Positions 1-11,919 of a stretch of 64,000 nt of DNA are shown piece by piece. The stretch covers positions 310,001 to 374,000 of the forward strand of contig JBHGNT010000014.1 in NCBI GenBank assembly GCA_043228905.1, given 5' to 3'. Numbering within the stretch: position 1 is the stretch's first letter; every line of letters starts with the position of its first letter. The notes beneath the pieces are model-generated. The model searched no databases. It saw nothing but the letters and a program-made list of their open reading frames with translations, and had not been told where the DNA came from. Origin of the DNA: Azolla caroliniana (taxonomy: Eukaryota > Plantae > Polypodiophyta). The translations under genes were made by a program, and so were the position numbers.

Positions 1-716
1 CTCTTCCTCTCACACACATACACACACATATCACTTAATCTTCCGCTTAACTTAATCACATAATTAGGTACTAATTAACCCTTGCTTAATTACCTAATTA
101 TTAACAGTCCATGTTGAGAATGCACGACAACATGAAGAGTTACCTCAATGAACACACTAACTAGAAGCAACTCTATTATCTTTGTGACAACAAGGTTTGG
201 GAACACAAATCCCCCTTAAGGAACCAAAGATCAATACCCCAAGGAAGTTTGTATTTGTAAGAATATTTGGATAGTTTTATCAAGGAATTTCAATCAAGCC
301 TTGGCAGTGTAATTAGAGTGAATATCATGAACATTGCAAGAAGGATGTCGACCCAACTCGAATTGCACACTAGATTTTCGTTTCTTGCATGTGATATTCC
401 ATGGGATAAAGAGGCATTAACGGATTGATTCTATTATAGGCTACATAATTCACACATTGTGTAGCCTATAATAGAATCAATTATATTATATGCTACTACT
501 ATTCACCACCTTCATGTAACTATGAGACTCATGCATTTTGCTTGGCTTGGTGTCCCTTCTCTATTGTCCCCAACACACCTACAACACACACACACACACA
601 CTCTCTCTCTCCACTTGCTTCTACTTCTTTCTTGATTTCTTTCTCACTCTCTCCCTTGTTTTAATCAAGTTATAATTCTTTCTTTCTTTTTTCTCAAGCT
701 CTTTGCTTTGATCAAG

Positions 717-1281
717 TGTTAAGAGTTGGAATAACAACACAACCAGTCATGAATAAGAACGCATCAACAAGGACGTAGTACGAAGAGGAAACGGCAAGAG
801 GAAAGGAAAGCAAAGAGACAGTCAAGTGTGAAAAGCCCATACCCTAAACGTGAAAGCTATATAAACCACATAGTAGTGGCTTTGTGGGGGTTCTCCCATT
901 TGTAAAGATCTCCTATTGATTAGAGCTAGAGCTTCCTTTCCTCCTTGTAACCTTTGAGCTTAAGAGAGATTAGTGAAGTGTTGAGTTAGAGAACACTAAT
1001 CTCTCTCCTTGTTGGTGCTAGACCTCTTAGCAAAGAGGGTTAATAATAGACATACTCTTCCTTCTTATTGTCTACATCTATTAATCTATTGTCTATGAGA
1101 GAGAGCTTGAGAGAATGAGAGAGATATTGTGCTTAATCATTTACTAACCGTTGAGTGAGTGTGAGGCTCAGAGGTATTCGACAACCATCTCCGCCCGATT
1201 CGCCATCAAGAGGGTATACGCTGGTCCGAATCCCGCCACGATATCGAGGAGCTTACTCCATCGATACATAGATCCTTAACA
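717..1281 (+). repeat. 5' LTR of element A
   Basis: Direct repeat of 21833-22400, about 18 substitutions and one 3-bp indel by eye (~97% identity). TATA-like CTATATAAA near 857. Confidence 0.95.
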
Positions 1282-1287
1282 TCTATT

Positions 1288-1305
1288 TGGCGCCGCTGCC
1301 GGGGA
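1288..1305 (+). promoter_or_regulatory. Primer binding site, tRNA-Asp type
   Basis: TGGCGCCGCTGCCGGGGA 6 nt after the LTR, one mismatch to the Athila-type PBS TGGCGCCGTTGCCGGGGA. Confidence 0.85.
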
Positions 1306-1391
1306 TACGACCGACGCTTGAAGCCTATTTTCGAGTAGTCAAAAACTCGGAGGCAAACCACTCAACGAAGGAAGAAATCGCAAGAGAACCA

Positions 1392-1700
1392 CCATTTTAT
1401 GTTTTTTTCATCATTTCATAGTTTAATTAAGTCCATTTTTTGTTTTTTTCCATCATTTCATAGTTTAATTAAGTTCCCTTTTCTGTTTTTTTTTCATTAT
1501 TTCATAGTTTAATTAAGTTCCATTTTTTGTTTTTTTCATCGTTTCATAGTTTAATTAAGTCCATTTTCTGTTTTTTCCATCATTTCATAGTTTAATTAAG
1601 TCCATTTTCTGTTTTTTCTCATCATTTCATAGTTTAATTAAGTCCATTTTATGTTTTTCCTCATTATTCCATAGGTTAATTAAGTCGATTTTTTGTTCAT
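1392..1700 (+). repeat. Tandem array in the 5' UTR of A, about 7 units of 41-44 bp
   Basis: Unit CCATTTT.TGTTTTTT.CATCATTTCATAGTTTAATTAAGT repeated head to tail. Confidence 0.9.
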
Positions 1701-1841
1701 TCGCTCGGTTAACATTAAACATTGTGGAGATTAGGCCGTTACGGGGCAAGCATAATCATCGCGAGTCTGGCGGGTTACGATCACTCCACGGGTCACGAAA
1801 CGACCGTTGCCGCCAAAAAGTTTGAATTTCCCACGCAAAGT

Positions 1842-2153
1842 TCGTCGAAAGAACAACCTTCGACGAAGATTCATCCTTGGACTAATATTCATCCTTCGAC
1901 GAAGATTCATCCTTTGACGTAGATTCAATCTTCGACGAAGATTCATCCTTGGACTAATATTCATCCTTCGACGTAGATTCATCCTTCGACGTAGATTCAT
2001 CCTTCGACATAGATTCAATCTTCAACGTAGATTCAACCTTCGACGAAGATTCATTCTTGGACTAATATTCATCCTTCGATGAAGATTCAGCCTTCGACGA
2101 ATATACAACCTTCGACGAAGATTCAACCTTCGACTAATATTCATCCTTCGACA
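1842..2153 (+). repeat. Tandem array in the 5' UTR of A, about 17 units of 18 bp
   Basis: Unit CCTTCGACG(A/T)AGATTCA(T/A) with variant CCTTGGACTAATATTCAT. Confidence 0.9.
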
Positions 2154-2179
2154 AACCTATAAAAGCTTGACCAGAAAAC

Positions 2180-2957
2180 ATGGCCGGATCCTCATGGACA
2201 GAGATGTTCAAAACCCGACCCGCACGCCTGGAGGAGTCCACACAAACCAACCAAACCCACGATGCCGCCCCACCTAACCCGACTCAGTACCATGGAGGGT
2301 GGCTAACTCCGGGGATACTACCAAACATGAACCTCCCATCGAGCCCAGGAACTAAAACACTTCTCAACACACCCCCACTACATGAGAGCCCAATGGCAGA
2401 CCCACTCAGTGTAGAACGACATATACGAGATGCAACGCAAGAGTTACGGGTGATAGAACACGAAATCAATCTATGGACGGTACAACTTTCGAAAGGAGGA
2501 CAACTGGAAAGCACCACTCAAGATATCGAAGCCGCTTTGGCAGAAAGGAAGGATAGATTCGCATGAGTGCAACAAAACTTCACCTCCTAGAAACATCGTC
2601 ACACATGCACCGCCGAAGTCAGGAGCACAACCCCGTACCGTGTTCGAGCACAACGGGCGATAGCTCGAACGAAACCTGCGCACAACAACACTGACAGGAA
2701 CTACACGCTCCCTGTGTAACGCTCGGCCACAACCGAGCTTCGAATCAAACACCGAAAACGGGGAATGAACACATGACACAAAGGAGAGAAGAGTACATAG
2801 GATGTTTAACGTGGAAAACCCTGAGAGGGAAAAACCACGGGAGTCCACAGACTCCAAACTATCACTATATCACAATGATTACAACAGTGAGCTCACAGAG
2901 GCAACGACCTCGTGCTCACGATCTTCGCCACAGGCGGCGGTTACAACAGAGGCAACG

Positions 2958-3008
<51 letters not shown>

Positions 3009-5456
3009 CACTATTACGCGCTCTCTAGTCTTTTACCAACAAGAATGACAACATATCTAAACAAAGTTTGCCCTAAGTCATATTTATACTAATATGACTT
3101 TTCGGCTATTTACAAATATAGCCCCGATGGACTCTCAGAAACATATTTACAAATATGTCCCTTCATCCGGTGAGCACTTCTCACCGGGCCTTCACCATCC
3201 GGCTCTTGCCGGGTACTCCTCATCCGGTTCTCACCGGGTCCTCCGCAGCCGGGTACTCCTCATCCGGCGCTTGCCGGGTACATCACATCCGGTTCTCACT
3301 GGGTCCTCCGTAGTTGGGTACTCTTCATCCGGTTCTCACCGGGTCTTCCGTAACCGGGTACTCTTCATCCGGTTTCGGCCTCGGCTGAGATTCTCATCAA
3401 CACTGTTCTTCTCGCTTCCCATCCGGAGGAACCTGTTTCCTAATAGACACCCGACACCACCACGCATGGGCACAATCCCTACACCTGACCAAGCTACCCC
3501 TACACCTCCAAACGCCGAACTCGCACTAGCGCTACAATCCATCCAAACTCTCGTAGCATTGATGGAAAAAGAGCAAGCACCCACAGACCATCCGAGAAAC
3601 CTCACAAATGATAGTGGGAAGAGTGCTTCCATTTCTAAACTAGTACCCCGTTTCCTCGGTTTCGGCGATGCCTATGACCACGTCGAGAGGTTCAAACAAA
3701 TTTGTCGCGCTTATGAACCCCTCACAGAGATCACCAAGGTAGCCGCGTTTGGACTTACACTTGATGACCAAGCCGGAATCTGGCTTCGAACCTTGAATGA
3801 AGACATCGCCGCCGATTTCGAGTATGTCATCGAGGATTTCTTGATAAACTTCGCTCGTAGAGGGAATAAATGGAACCCGATTGACCAACTTTTCACCCTC
3901 AAGCAAGAAGCGAATGAAACGGTCAGGGACTACATACGTCGCACAAAAAGCCTGCATCATTGTTGTAGCCCGAACGACAAGATGTCGGATGACAAGTTGA
4001 TGAGCCGTTTCATTAATGGGTTGTTCGATCCGACACTCCAAAATTTCCTGATTGCCAGGATGTGTCGATCGTTTGTTGAAGCCTACACAATAGTGATGAC
4101 CTTTGAATATTTGATGAGTGGGTTACAAATACCCACTCACGCACCCACGAACAACCGTGAGAAATCCTTCGACTCCACCCCTGCTCTACCCACACCACCG
4201 CGAACACCCCGTATAGAAAGACCCCAAGCATACGCCCAACGAGAAAATGTAAGGTGCATGGTATGTCACGGACACCACACGGGACATGAGTGTCCCCTCC
4301 TTCATCAACGACGACCGCAATACTGTAAGTGGTGCAAAGCTTTCGTGATGCATACGCAAGAGAACTGTTGGCAAGCCCCCACTGGAAGGTACGACCAAAC
4401 GCCAATGGTGGAACACCCACGCTCACCTCCACCACTTAGCTGCCTACCACTACCAGTGATACTCCCTCAACAACCCCCACTACCGCGCATCGACGCTCGC
4501 CTCGCTGAACTGGAGTATACCACAGATAACCAAACCTAGGTCGGGGCGAGCACCCCCGAATATGAAGACTCGTACCGGGAGTATGGCATTGAAGAAGAGG
4601 TTTTGTCCCATTTCGTGGATTTTGAAGGCGACCAAATACCAGTGTACGTCCTGAGAGGGGAACAACGTGGACCCCCTATGGGATACCGCAACAACAATGG
4701 TCTAAGGAGGTCAGAATTGAAATGCTTCAACTGCCAAGGCCCACATATGGTTAGCGAGTGCCCAACCAAACATGAATACTACAACCGGATGGCCCAATGA
4801 CCACAACACCTCCCACTCGACACGCCCCCGCAACCACTGGTGCAATGGCTCACCCACAGTTGCAAGAACTTATCAAATGGTTCCAAAGAGAAGCATCATG
4901 CCCAGGGTGCAGTAAAGAACACCTAGTACCTGATTGCCCAGAAAAGAAGCAAAGGGTCGGCACAAATCTATTGTCCATTGTACCATCCACGATCGGTGCC
5001 AATGTCATCACGCGAGCCCAACGAGTAGCGCACAATTTAAAATACCAAGATCAAGGTCTCCCCGTGACCGCACGTAAGAGACGCAAATCTAGAAAGAATA
5101 ATTCCACACAGACCTCAAAGCAAGATCAAGAACCGGAGGGAGACACAGAAACATTACCTGTCAATCCGAATCAAGAACTGTCGGCGCACCTAGCGGCATA
5201 CCCAAACCTAGTAGCTGAGAAACAAAAAGTAGAAGAATACATCAAGCTCATACACCATGAACAATTTGAAAAATCACTTAGCCTCCCCAGCTTAAACTTC
5301 AACCAACTAGTAGAATGGGTAAACCCCTCACCTCCCCCCGTCGTCACACCAATCGACACCCCCACTTGCCATCCTACCCTGATCAAAGAGGTCAACACAG
5401 CCCTACTCCAACAAATCTTAAATTTAAGATTGCGACTCACATTACGCAAAGTGTAG
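2180..5456 (+). pseudogene. gag: Gag region of A, broken by stops, a frameshift and an insertion
   Basis: Retrotrans_gag-like segment (PRFLGFGDAYDHVERF...LKQEANETVRDYIRR...FINGL) in ORF 3094-4539. Four CCHC-type knuckles in ORFs 3094-4539, 4603-4800 and 4797-5456. Confidence 0.8.
2715..3402 (-). mobile_element. Probable solo LTR inserted in gag of A
   Basis: TGTAAC...TCAACA ends, CTG duplicated at the junctions, motif GTTTAACGTGGAAAACCC..GGGAAAAACCACGGG resembling reverse-oriented plant Copia LTRs, (CT)n tract and internal CCGG-rich repeats at 3160-3375. Removing it joins gag as GTTRS-LFFSLPIRRNLF. Confidence 0.55.
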
Positions 5457-5525
5457 AGTTACACTGGCACCTTCACCACAGACAACCCCCTACTACGACC
5501 TCTACTCGCCAAGGAAATAGAGTTC

Positions 5526-6515
5526 ATGCTCGAAGAACTACTCAAACTCGACATTCAACCGTGGCACGACGTCCTCCGACGCCTCAATGGTGGCCTATCG
5601 GCGGGATATGGTGAAGGGATACACACCCACAGTCCTCGCACGTTCACAGTCCTCAAACAACCCGAAGGACCGCCAATCGACGTCCACGAAGCTCACTTCG
5701 AGAGCAACGACACTAGTTTCACTCTACCAGTCTACGTCAATGGTAAGACGTGTGATGCCATCATTGACACCGGAGCAGGGGTAAGTATCGTCAGTTACGA
5801 ATGTTGGTGTAAGTGGGGGAGCCCAAGAATGTTTCCTTCTGATGTCAAACTACAAATGGCAGATGGGTCCATCCAAAGACCGGAAGGCATGATTCCTGCG
5901 CATCAATTCACTATCCACAGAGTGGAGTTCAATCTCACCTTCCTCATCACAAGATCATCCAACCATGTAGCCTACAAGTGCTTACTAGGAAGACCATTCC
6001 TAAGTATAAGCCTGGTAATGGATTTCGGGAACGATATAATCTATATGCGTAAGGACAACAAAACCTTCCACATCAAAGCATACACACAAAAAGTGCATGA
6101 ACAAGAAGGCAACCCTCTCGTAGACGATTGGTCGGAAACCACTGAGTTTGAGACCAACCTCCTAGCGTGCAACCCCACAAAGATAGTTCAACTCTTGACC
6201 AGAGGCCAACACTTTCCTCAAAGCCTCATCACTTCCAAAGAGGAGGACGCACGTGAGAGAGACGACCAATCCGTCTCTTCTGAGACGTCAGAGATGAATT
6301 GGGTGCACACTCTCGCCACAACCGACGCAATGTACCCTATAGGTACAAAGTGTTGTGAAGAGGACGGAGAAACAATCTCGTGCTTCAACGTCACCACCCT
6401 GGGACCCCGACGAAAAGAAGTAGACGTAAAGGACGAAGAACTGGTACAACGAGTCACACGTCCAGGTGATGTCACGACCACTCAGAAGGTTGTGACAGAA
6501 GCGGACTTCCCATAG
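5526..6515 (+). pseudogene. Aspartic protease (retropepsin) region of A
   Basis: AIIDTGAGVS catalytic motif (D at 5766), MADGS flap and CLLGRPFL motif. Confidence 0.9.
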
Positions 6516-6613
6516 CATTTCAAACTCTATGAACAAGGGAGTAGGGCAGTGGCTTGTAAGAGACCAAACGCAACCCCCAAGGCCTAGGAGAAGTCTATGA
6601 TGAACTAGCAAGG

Positions 6614-9607
6614 GTGAAAGAAATCAACCTCGGGAAAGGGACAGACTCCAAACTGGTGTTCATAGCCGCAGATCTCCAGCCCGACGAGGAGGCATCCTTG
6701 ATCACCCTCCTCACGGAATTTAGGGACGTGTTTGCATGGTTGTACATCAACATGAAGAGAGTCCCAACTGAGGTTGTCACCCATAGTATCCCCATGCGAG
6801 CCGATGCCTGCCCAATTCGGCAAAGGCCACATCCAATGAACCCTAACTACGCCGAACAGGTGAAAGCCAAAATCAACAAAATGTTGGTTGCAGGCATTAT
6901 CTACCCAATCAAACGAACTACTTGGGTCTCCCCGATTGTAGTCGTCCCAAAGAAAAACGGCCGGATCCGCATATGTGTAGACTACCGCCAAGTTAACGAA
7001 GCCACTATCAAGGACAATTACCCGGTACCCTACATCGAACATCTACTCGAAAGAACCGCGGGGGCAGAAGCGTATAGCTTCATCGACGGGTTCTCCGGGT
7101 ACCACCAAATCTCGGCGGTCCCTGAGGATCAACACAAGACAGCTTTCGCCACGGAATTTGGTACGTTCGCATATAAACAGATGTCTTTCGGACTCACGAG
7201 TGCCTTGAGCACCTACCAAAGAGCGGCAGACCATATCTTTGCCACAAGGTTACGACAAGGGGTGGAGTCTTATGTTGACAACTTATGTTGCAATTCGAAA
7301 TGGCATGACCACTTGGGGTTACTCCGTTTGACGTTCGAAAAATGCAGGACTTATCAACCCTCTCTCAACCCGCTCAAGTGTCAGTTCTGGGTCAAGCACG
7401 GAATAATATTAGGACACATCGTGTCCCGCCACGGGATCTCGACCGATGAGGCAAAAGTAAAACTCATCCTCGACATGCCACCCCCCACGAACGAGAAACA
7501 ACTACAAGGGTTCATGGGATACGCAGGTTACTATAGACGCTTCATTAAGATGTTCACGAACAAGGCTAGACCACTCTACTCCCTATTAACGCAGTTCGTG
7601 TGGACAGAAGAGTGCACACACTCCTTCAAGCTCTTGAAAGAGTGCCTAAGTAAGGCCCCCATCCTCCGGCCTCCCGAGTGGACCAAAGAATTCCACATTC
7701 ACACCGACGCTTCCGCCTTCGCGATTGGTGCAGTGCTAGATCAACTCGGTAAAGGGGCACTCGACCTACCGGTCACCTTCGGTAGTCGCCAACTAAATGC
7801 CGCGGAACGAAATTACTCCACAACGGAACGGGAGGCTTTGGCCATGGTTTACAGCGTAAAGAAATTCTGCCACTACTTGTTGGCGTTCCGGTTCTCGTTT
7901 TTTGTAGATCATCAGGCCCTACTCTACTTAGTAAACAAAACTCACGCCACCGGACGCATTTCACGATGGATCGTAACGTTACTCGAGTTCGACTTCAAGG
8001 TAATAGTGAGAAAAGGGAAAGACCACATACTCGCCGATCATTTCTCCCGGATTCCCAACGGAGAAGAAGCCACTGGGGTCGACGATGAAACACCAGATGC
8101 AACATTATTTGCAATCGACACCGTACCAACATGGGCATCATACATACTTCGCGTCCTAACTGAAGGAGCGTCCTTCCTAAAACAACTACCACGGACACAC
8201 GCGTGTGCCTTGCTAAAGAAATGTGGCCCCTTCACGATGCTCCGAGGCAATTTGTATCATCGAGGTAATGACGATCTACTTCGGAGGTGTATAACAGACC
8301 ATGACGTCGTCACCACCCTCAAACAAGCTCATTGCGGGAGCGGAAGTGGTCATTTCAATCACGAGACCACTGCGCACAAGATCCTCCAGTCCGGCCTATG
8401 GTGGCCAACACTCTTCAAAGACGCATACGCGTACGTACGTCGCTGTGACGAGTGCCAACGTTTCAAACACCCGCTAAAAGAGGATTTTAATACGTTAAAC
8501 TCGGTGGTGGCATGGCAAGCATTTGAGAAATGGGGCATCGACTTTATCAGCCCAATCAGCCCAACTTCCAACCTCAACCGATACATAATAACCACCACCG
8601 ACTATGCCACCAAGTGGGTCGAAGCTAAAGCTTGCGTTAACACTGACGTGCGTAGTACTGCCAAATTCCTATATGAAAATGTCATCGTACGGTTTGGATG
8701 TCCGCTCAAAATCATTAGCGACCAAGGCTCGCATTTCCTGAACGAGGTGATAGCACATTTACTAGGCGAGTTTATGGTGACACACCGCAAAAGTTCTCCT
8801 TATTACCCTCGATGCAATGGACAAGTGGAAAGCACGAATAAGGTGCTATGTGCAGTGCTCACAAAGATAATCGCCGCCTCACGATTTGATTGGAGCACCA
8901 AACTCCAAGCAGCATTATGGGCTTTCCGTACTTCCTACAAAGTCGCAACTCGCCACACAGCATTCAAACTAGTGTACGGGCAAGAAGCAGTATTACCCAT
9001 CGAGTTCCTTGTCCCCAGCCTCAGGATCACCGTACAAGAACGATGGAACGGGGACCCCCTCCTGTCACGCCTAGAGAACCTAGAACGACTGACAAAAACT
9101 CGCCTTCTCGCATTCCAGGCACTCTTGGTAGAGAAAGCCAATAGAAAGGTGTGGCACGACAATAAAGTCAAGAACAAAGACCCCGCTGAAGGCGACATGG
9201 CCCTCAGATTCTCCTCTCAACGACACAAGAAGAAGCTGAAGTTACGGGGTGAAGGCTCGTATGTGGTTTCGGAGATTACCAAGACAGGAGCATGTCACCT
9301 ACGCACGATCGAAGGTTTTGACATCCCCGGGTTCATTAATGGGAGCAAGCTCAAACATTACTATGGACCCCTCACACTCGAGACTCTACTCACGGCTCGG
9401 CAACGAGAGGTAGAGGCCAAACTTGAAGCCTCCGAAGGCCGAATGGCCCAGCTCGAAACCGACCTGCGCAATACGCAAGCGAAATTGAAGCGACAGGGAC
9501 ACGCCCATCCGACAACCATGGCTCAGGCGACCAACTCTAATGATGGAACAATACAACTACGATGTTGCGTCGACGACATGCCTTTGACGGAGGTCATTGA
9601 CACATGA
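6614..9607 (+). pseudogene. pol: Pol of A: RT, RNase H and integrase
   Basis: RICVDYR, YSFIDGFSGYHQI, YVDN (catalytic D changed to N), TDAS..IGAVL, HHCC zinc finger, WGIDF, ISDQGSHF and NGQVE motifs. Confidence 0.95.
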
Positions 9608-9890
9608 GCATCACTAACCCTTTTCTCCTTCGAAACATGGAGACGTCTAGGTTGCCTAGACCTCGAAGTGTGCAACGACAACTTCCATAGCTTCGATGGG
9701 TCCACGTCATGCTGCCTGGGAACTTTCGGGTGTAGCATCAAGACAGAATACAACGCACACTCAATCCAAGTTCAGGTACTCCCACCCGGAGTGATGTACA
9801 CACAATGCCTCCTCGGTTTAGATTGGTGTTGCATAAGCGAATGTCTCCTATCACCCAGCAAACACATCGTCTCTTTCCAAAAAGGAGATG
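9550..9890 (+). pseudogene. Second retropepsin-like domain in frame after integrase
   Basis: IQLRCCVDDMPLTEVIDT*ASLTLFSFETWRRLG...FHSFDGST...CLLGLDW. The TGA at 9605-9607 occupies the Gly of DTG, and the frame continues into ORF 9668-10789. Confidence 0.75.
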
Positions 9891-10030
9891 GACTGAAGTC
9901 CGAGGACCTCGTCGCAACAACACTCAAATCACATCCCGCTATCCTCGTTGATCCCCAAAGCGTGGAGTTACCCAAACAAGCAACACACCAACACCCATGG
10001 GCCGCCCATGGCCAACGCGACACTAACAAT

Positions 10031-10521
10031 AGAACACAGACACCCAAACCACGAGAATGGGTGAACGTCCACACAGTTTTCGCTAAAGGCCCACGCTACG
10101 GAGAACGTGCGGTGTGGCGAGTCAGAAAAATACTCACAACCGCACAAGGTTGGCACAATGGCACCACTAGCTTCTGGGTTCCGAAACGAAACCAACTCCC
10201 CGCTCGCAATCGAAACACCCCTGCATGGGACATCGATGAACCCCAAGGTGCGGAGTCGCTCCACCAAACCGAACTCCAACACCCACTGGCCACCCAAGAC
10301 CAGCGCGACGTTAACGTCAGAACACAGACACCCAAACCACGAGAATGGGTGAATGTTCACGTTGTTTTTGAGGACGGACAACGTTGTGGAGAATATGCCA
10401 TTTGGCGAGTCAAAAAGACACTCACAACCGCACAAGGCTGGCACAAAGGCGCCACTAGCTTCTGGGTCCCGAAACGAAGCCGGCTCCCCAGTCACGATCA
10501 TACCACGCCTGCATGGGACAC
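10031..10521 (+). repeat. In-frame duplicated coding module (period 288 bp) at the pol C-terminus
   Basis: RTQTPKPREWVNVH...WRV.K.LTTAQGWH.G.TSFWVPKR...TPAWD twice, starting at 10031 and 10319. Confidence 0.9.
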
Positions 10522-10889
10522 CCGAAAATCACACACATCAGTCCGGTATCCTGCCCAGGCTAAAGCCACAGGAATCGACAAGCCTAAACAACTGAGAGAC
10601 CGAACACCCCGTAGGAAAGTTTCACAAATCCTCCCCATCCCCTTTACAAACATGCCGCAAGTTTGGATCCTTAAAAGTCACGGACCTGAAACCTCACACG
10701 ATACCCGAGTGACACTCCCGCCACGGCCGCACCCTCAACGTTTCTCAAAAGCTCTTAATCTATCCAATCCCCTACCACGTTCCCCATAGACCCTCATTCA
10801 GACCCCCGTCATCATCGATATCTGAATCTTTTCCATCGATTCCTCCTTACCCTTCTGACCTCGCATCCCTGTCGATTGTCCCTCGTTGT

Positions 10890-11230
10890 CGTGGTTTATG
10901 TTTTATTAATTGTATTATTTTTTATTTTTTATTTTTTCTATTTCTTTTATCAATTCATTTATTTTTTATTTTTTTATTTTTTTATTTTTTTATTTTTTTA
11001 TTTTTTAATTTTTTTTTCATGATCTATATCATTATTTTATTGATTTAATTTATTTTTAATGACTATTATTTTCATTTTTATTTGTATTTATTGGTTTTTT
11101 TTATTTTTTATTTTTATGTTTTTTATTTTTTTATTTTCTATACTGATTTTTTTTTTTTTTGAGTGGTTTTATTTCGTTTTCCTTCCTTTTTTTTTCTTTC
11201 TTTTTTTCTTTCTTTTCTCCTTCTTCTTTG
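10890..11230 (+). repeat. T-rich low-complexity spacer between pol and the accessory region
   Basis: Long runs of TTTTA/TTTTC. Confidence 0.85.
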
Positions 11231-11919
11231 CTCTATCCCCCCCTCCCTCCTTTTTTTAGCTCTCCTCCCTCTACTTATCCCCTTCCTTCTCACTACTCGC
11301 TCTGCAACACTCTTCCCCCTCTCCCCCCTCACACTATTCCTCCCCTCCTCCCCCCCCAATCTCTGTTCGGTGCCCATGGATTTCTCCCACCCTCAGCGTT
11401 CCTGCCCCTACTCCATCGGTCGCCTGCCCCGGTCGTCGCCTCGTCTCCTCCACACCCTGCTTTCCCACACCTCGGGTAGGCCCTTCCCCCCTCTCGTTTC
11501 GGGACACCGCACTACACTCCTCTCGTTCGTCGTACCTGCCCTTCGTTCCTCTGCGGAGGCCATGGCTGCCACCACGACGTTGTCCCCCTCTTCCTGTCAC
11601 CGGCACATTATGGGCCACCCAGCCACGACGTTTTACGCTTCCCCCATGGCGGCCATAGCCACCGCCCCATCTTGTGGTGCTGCCCGTTCACAATGCCACA
11701 CTGTCCCGACGTTTTCTATTCCCCCCGAGGCGATCGTGACAGCCGCCTCGTCGTTTCACCCTCCCCACGTCGTTGGTCATTTACAGACCACTCCGCTTCG
11801 TGGTTCGAGGGGCCCAACCCCTCGAACTACCCGTTGTTCGAGGAGTCCAACCCCTCAAACCACACCCAACACAACTCCTCGAACCACGCATTGTTCGAGG
11901 AGCCCAACTCCTAGAACAC

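Noticed and set aside
110-420. Upstream part of the hAT transposase
   Set aside because: Coding-like but no diagnostic motif; too decayed to call
1731-2018. Minus-strand ORF with MNLRRR repeats
   Set aside because: By-product of the 18-bp tandem array
1392-2153. CRISPR-like repeat arrays
   Set aside because: Units are head to tail without unique spacers, the context is a eukaryotic retrotransposon leader, and no cas genes are present
6516-6613. Ogre-like intron or programmed frameshift between protease and RT
   Set aside because: No convincing splice signals or slippery site; the element has many other random stops and frameshifts
9605-9607. Programmed stop-codon readthrough into the second protease
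   Set aside because: Readthrough would not insert the Gly needed in DTG and the context is not a known readthrough signal; a point mutation is simpler
11059-11479. Phe-rich transmembrane (env-like) ORFs
   Set aside because: Translation of T-rich low-complexity DNA
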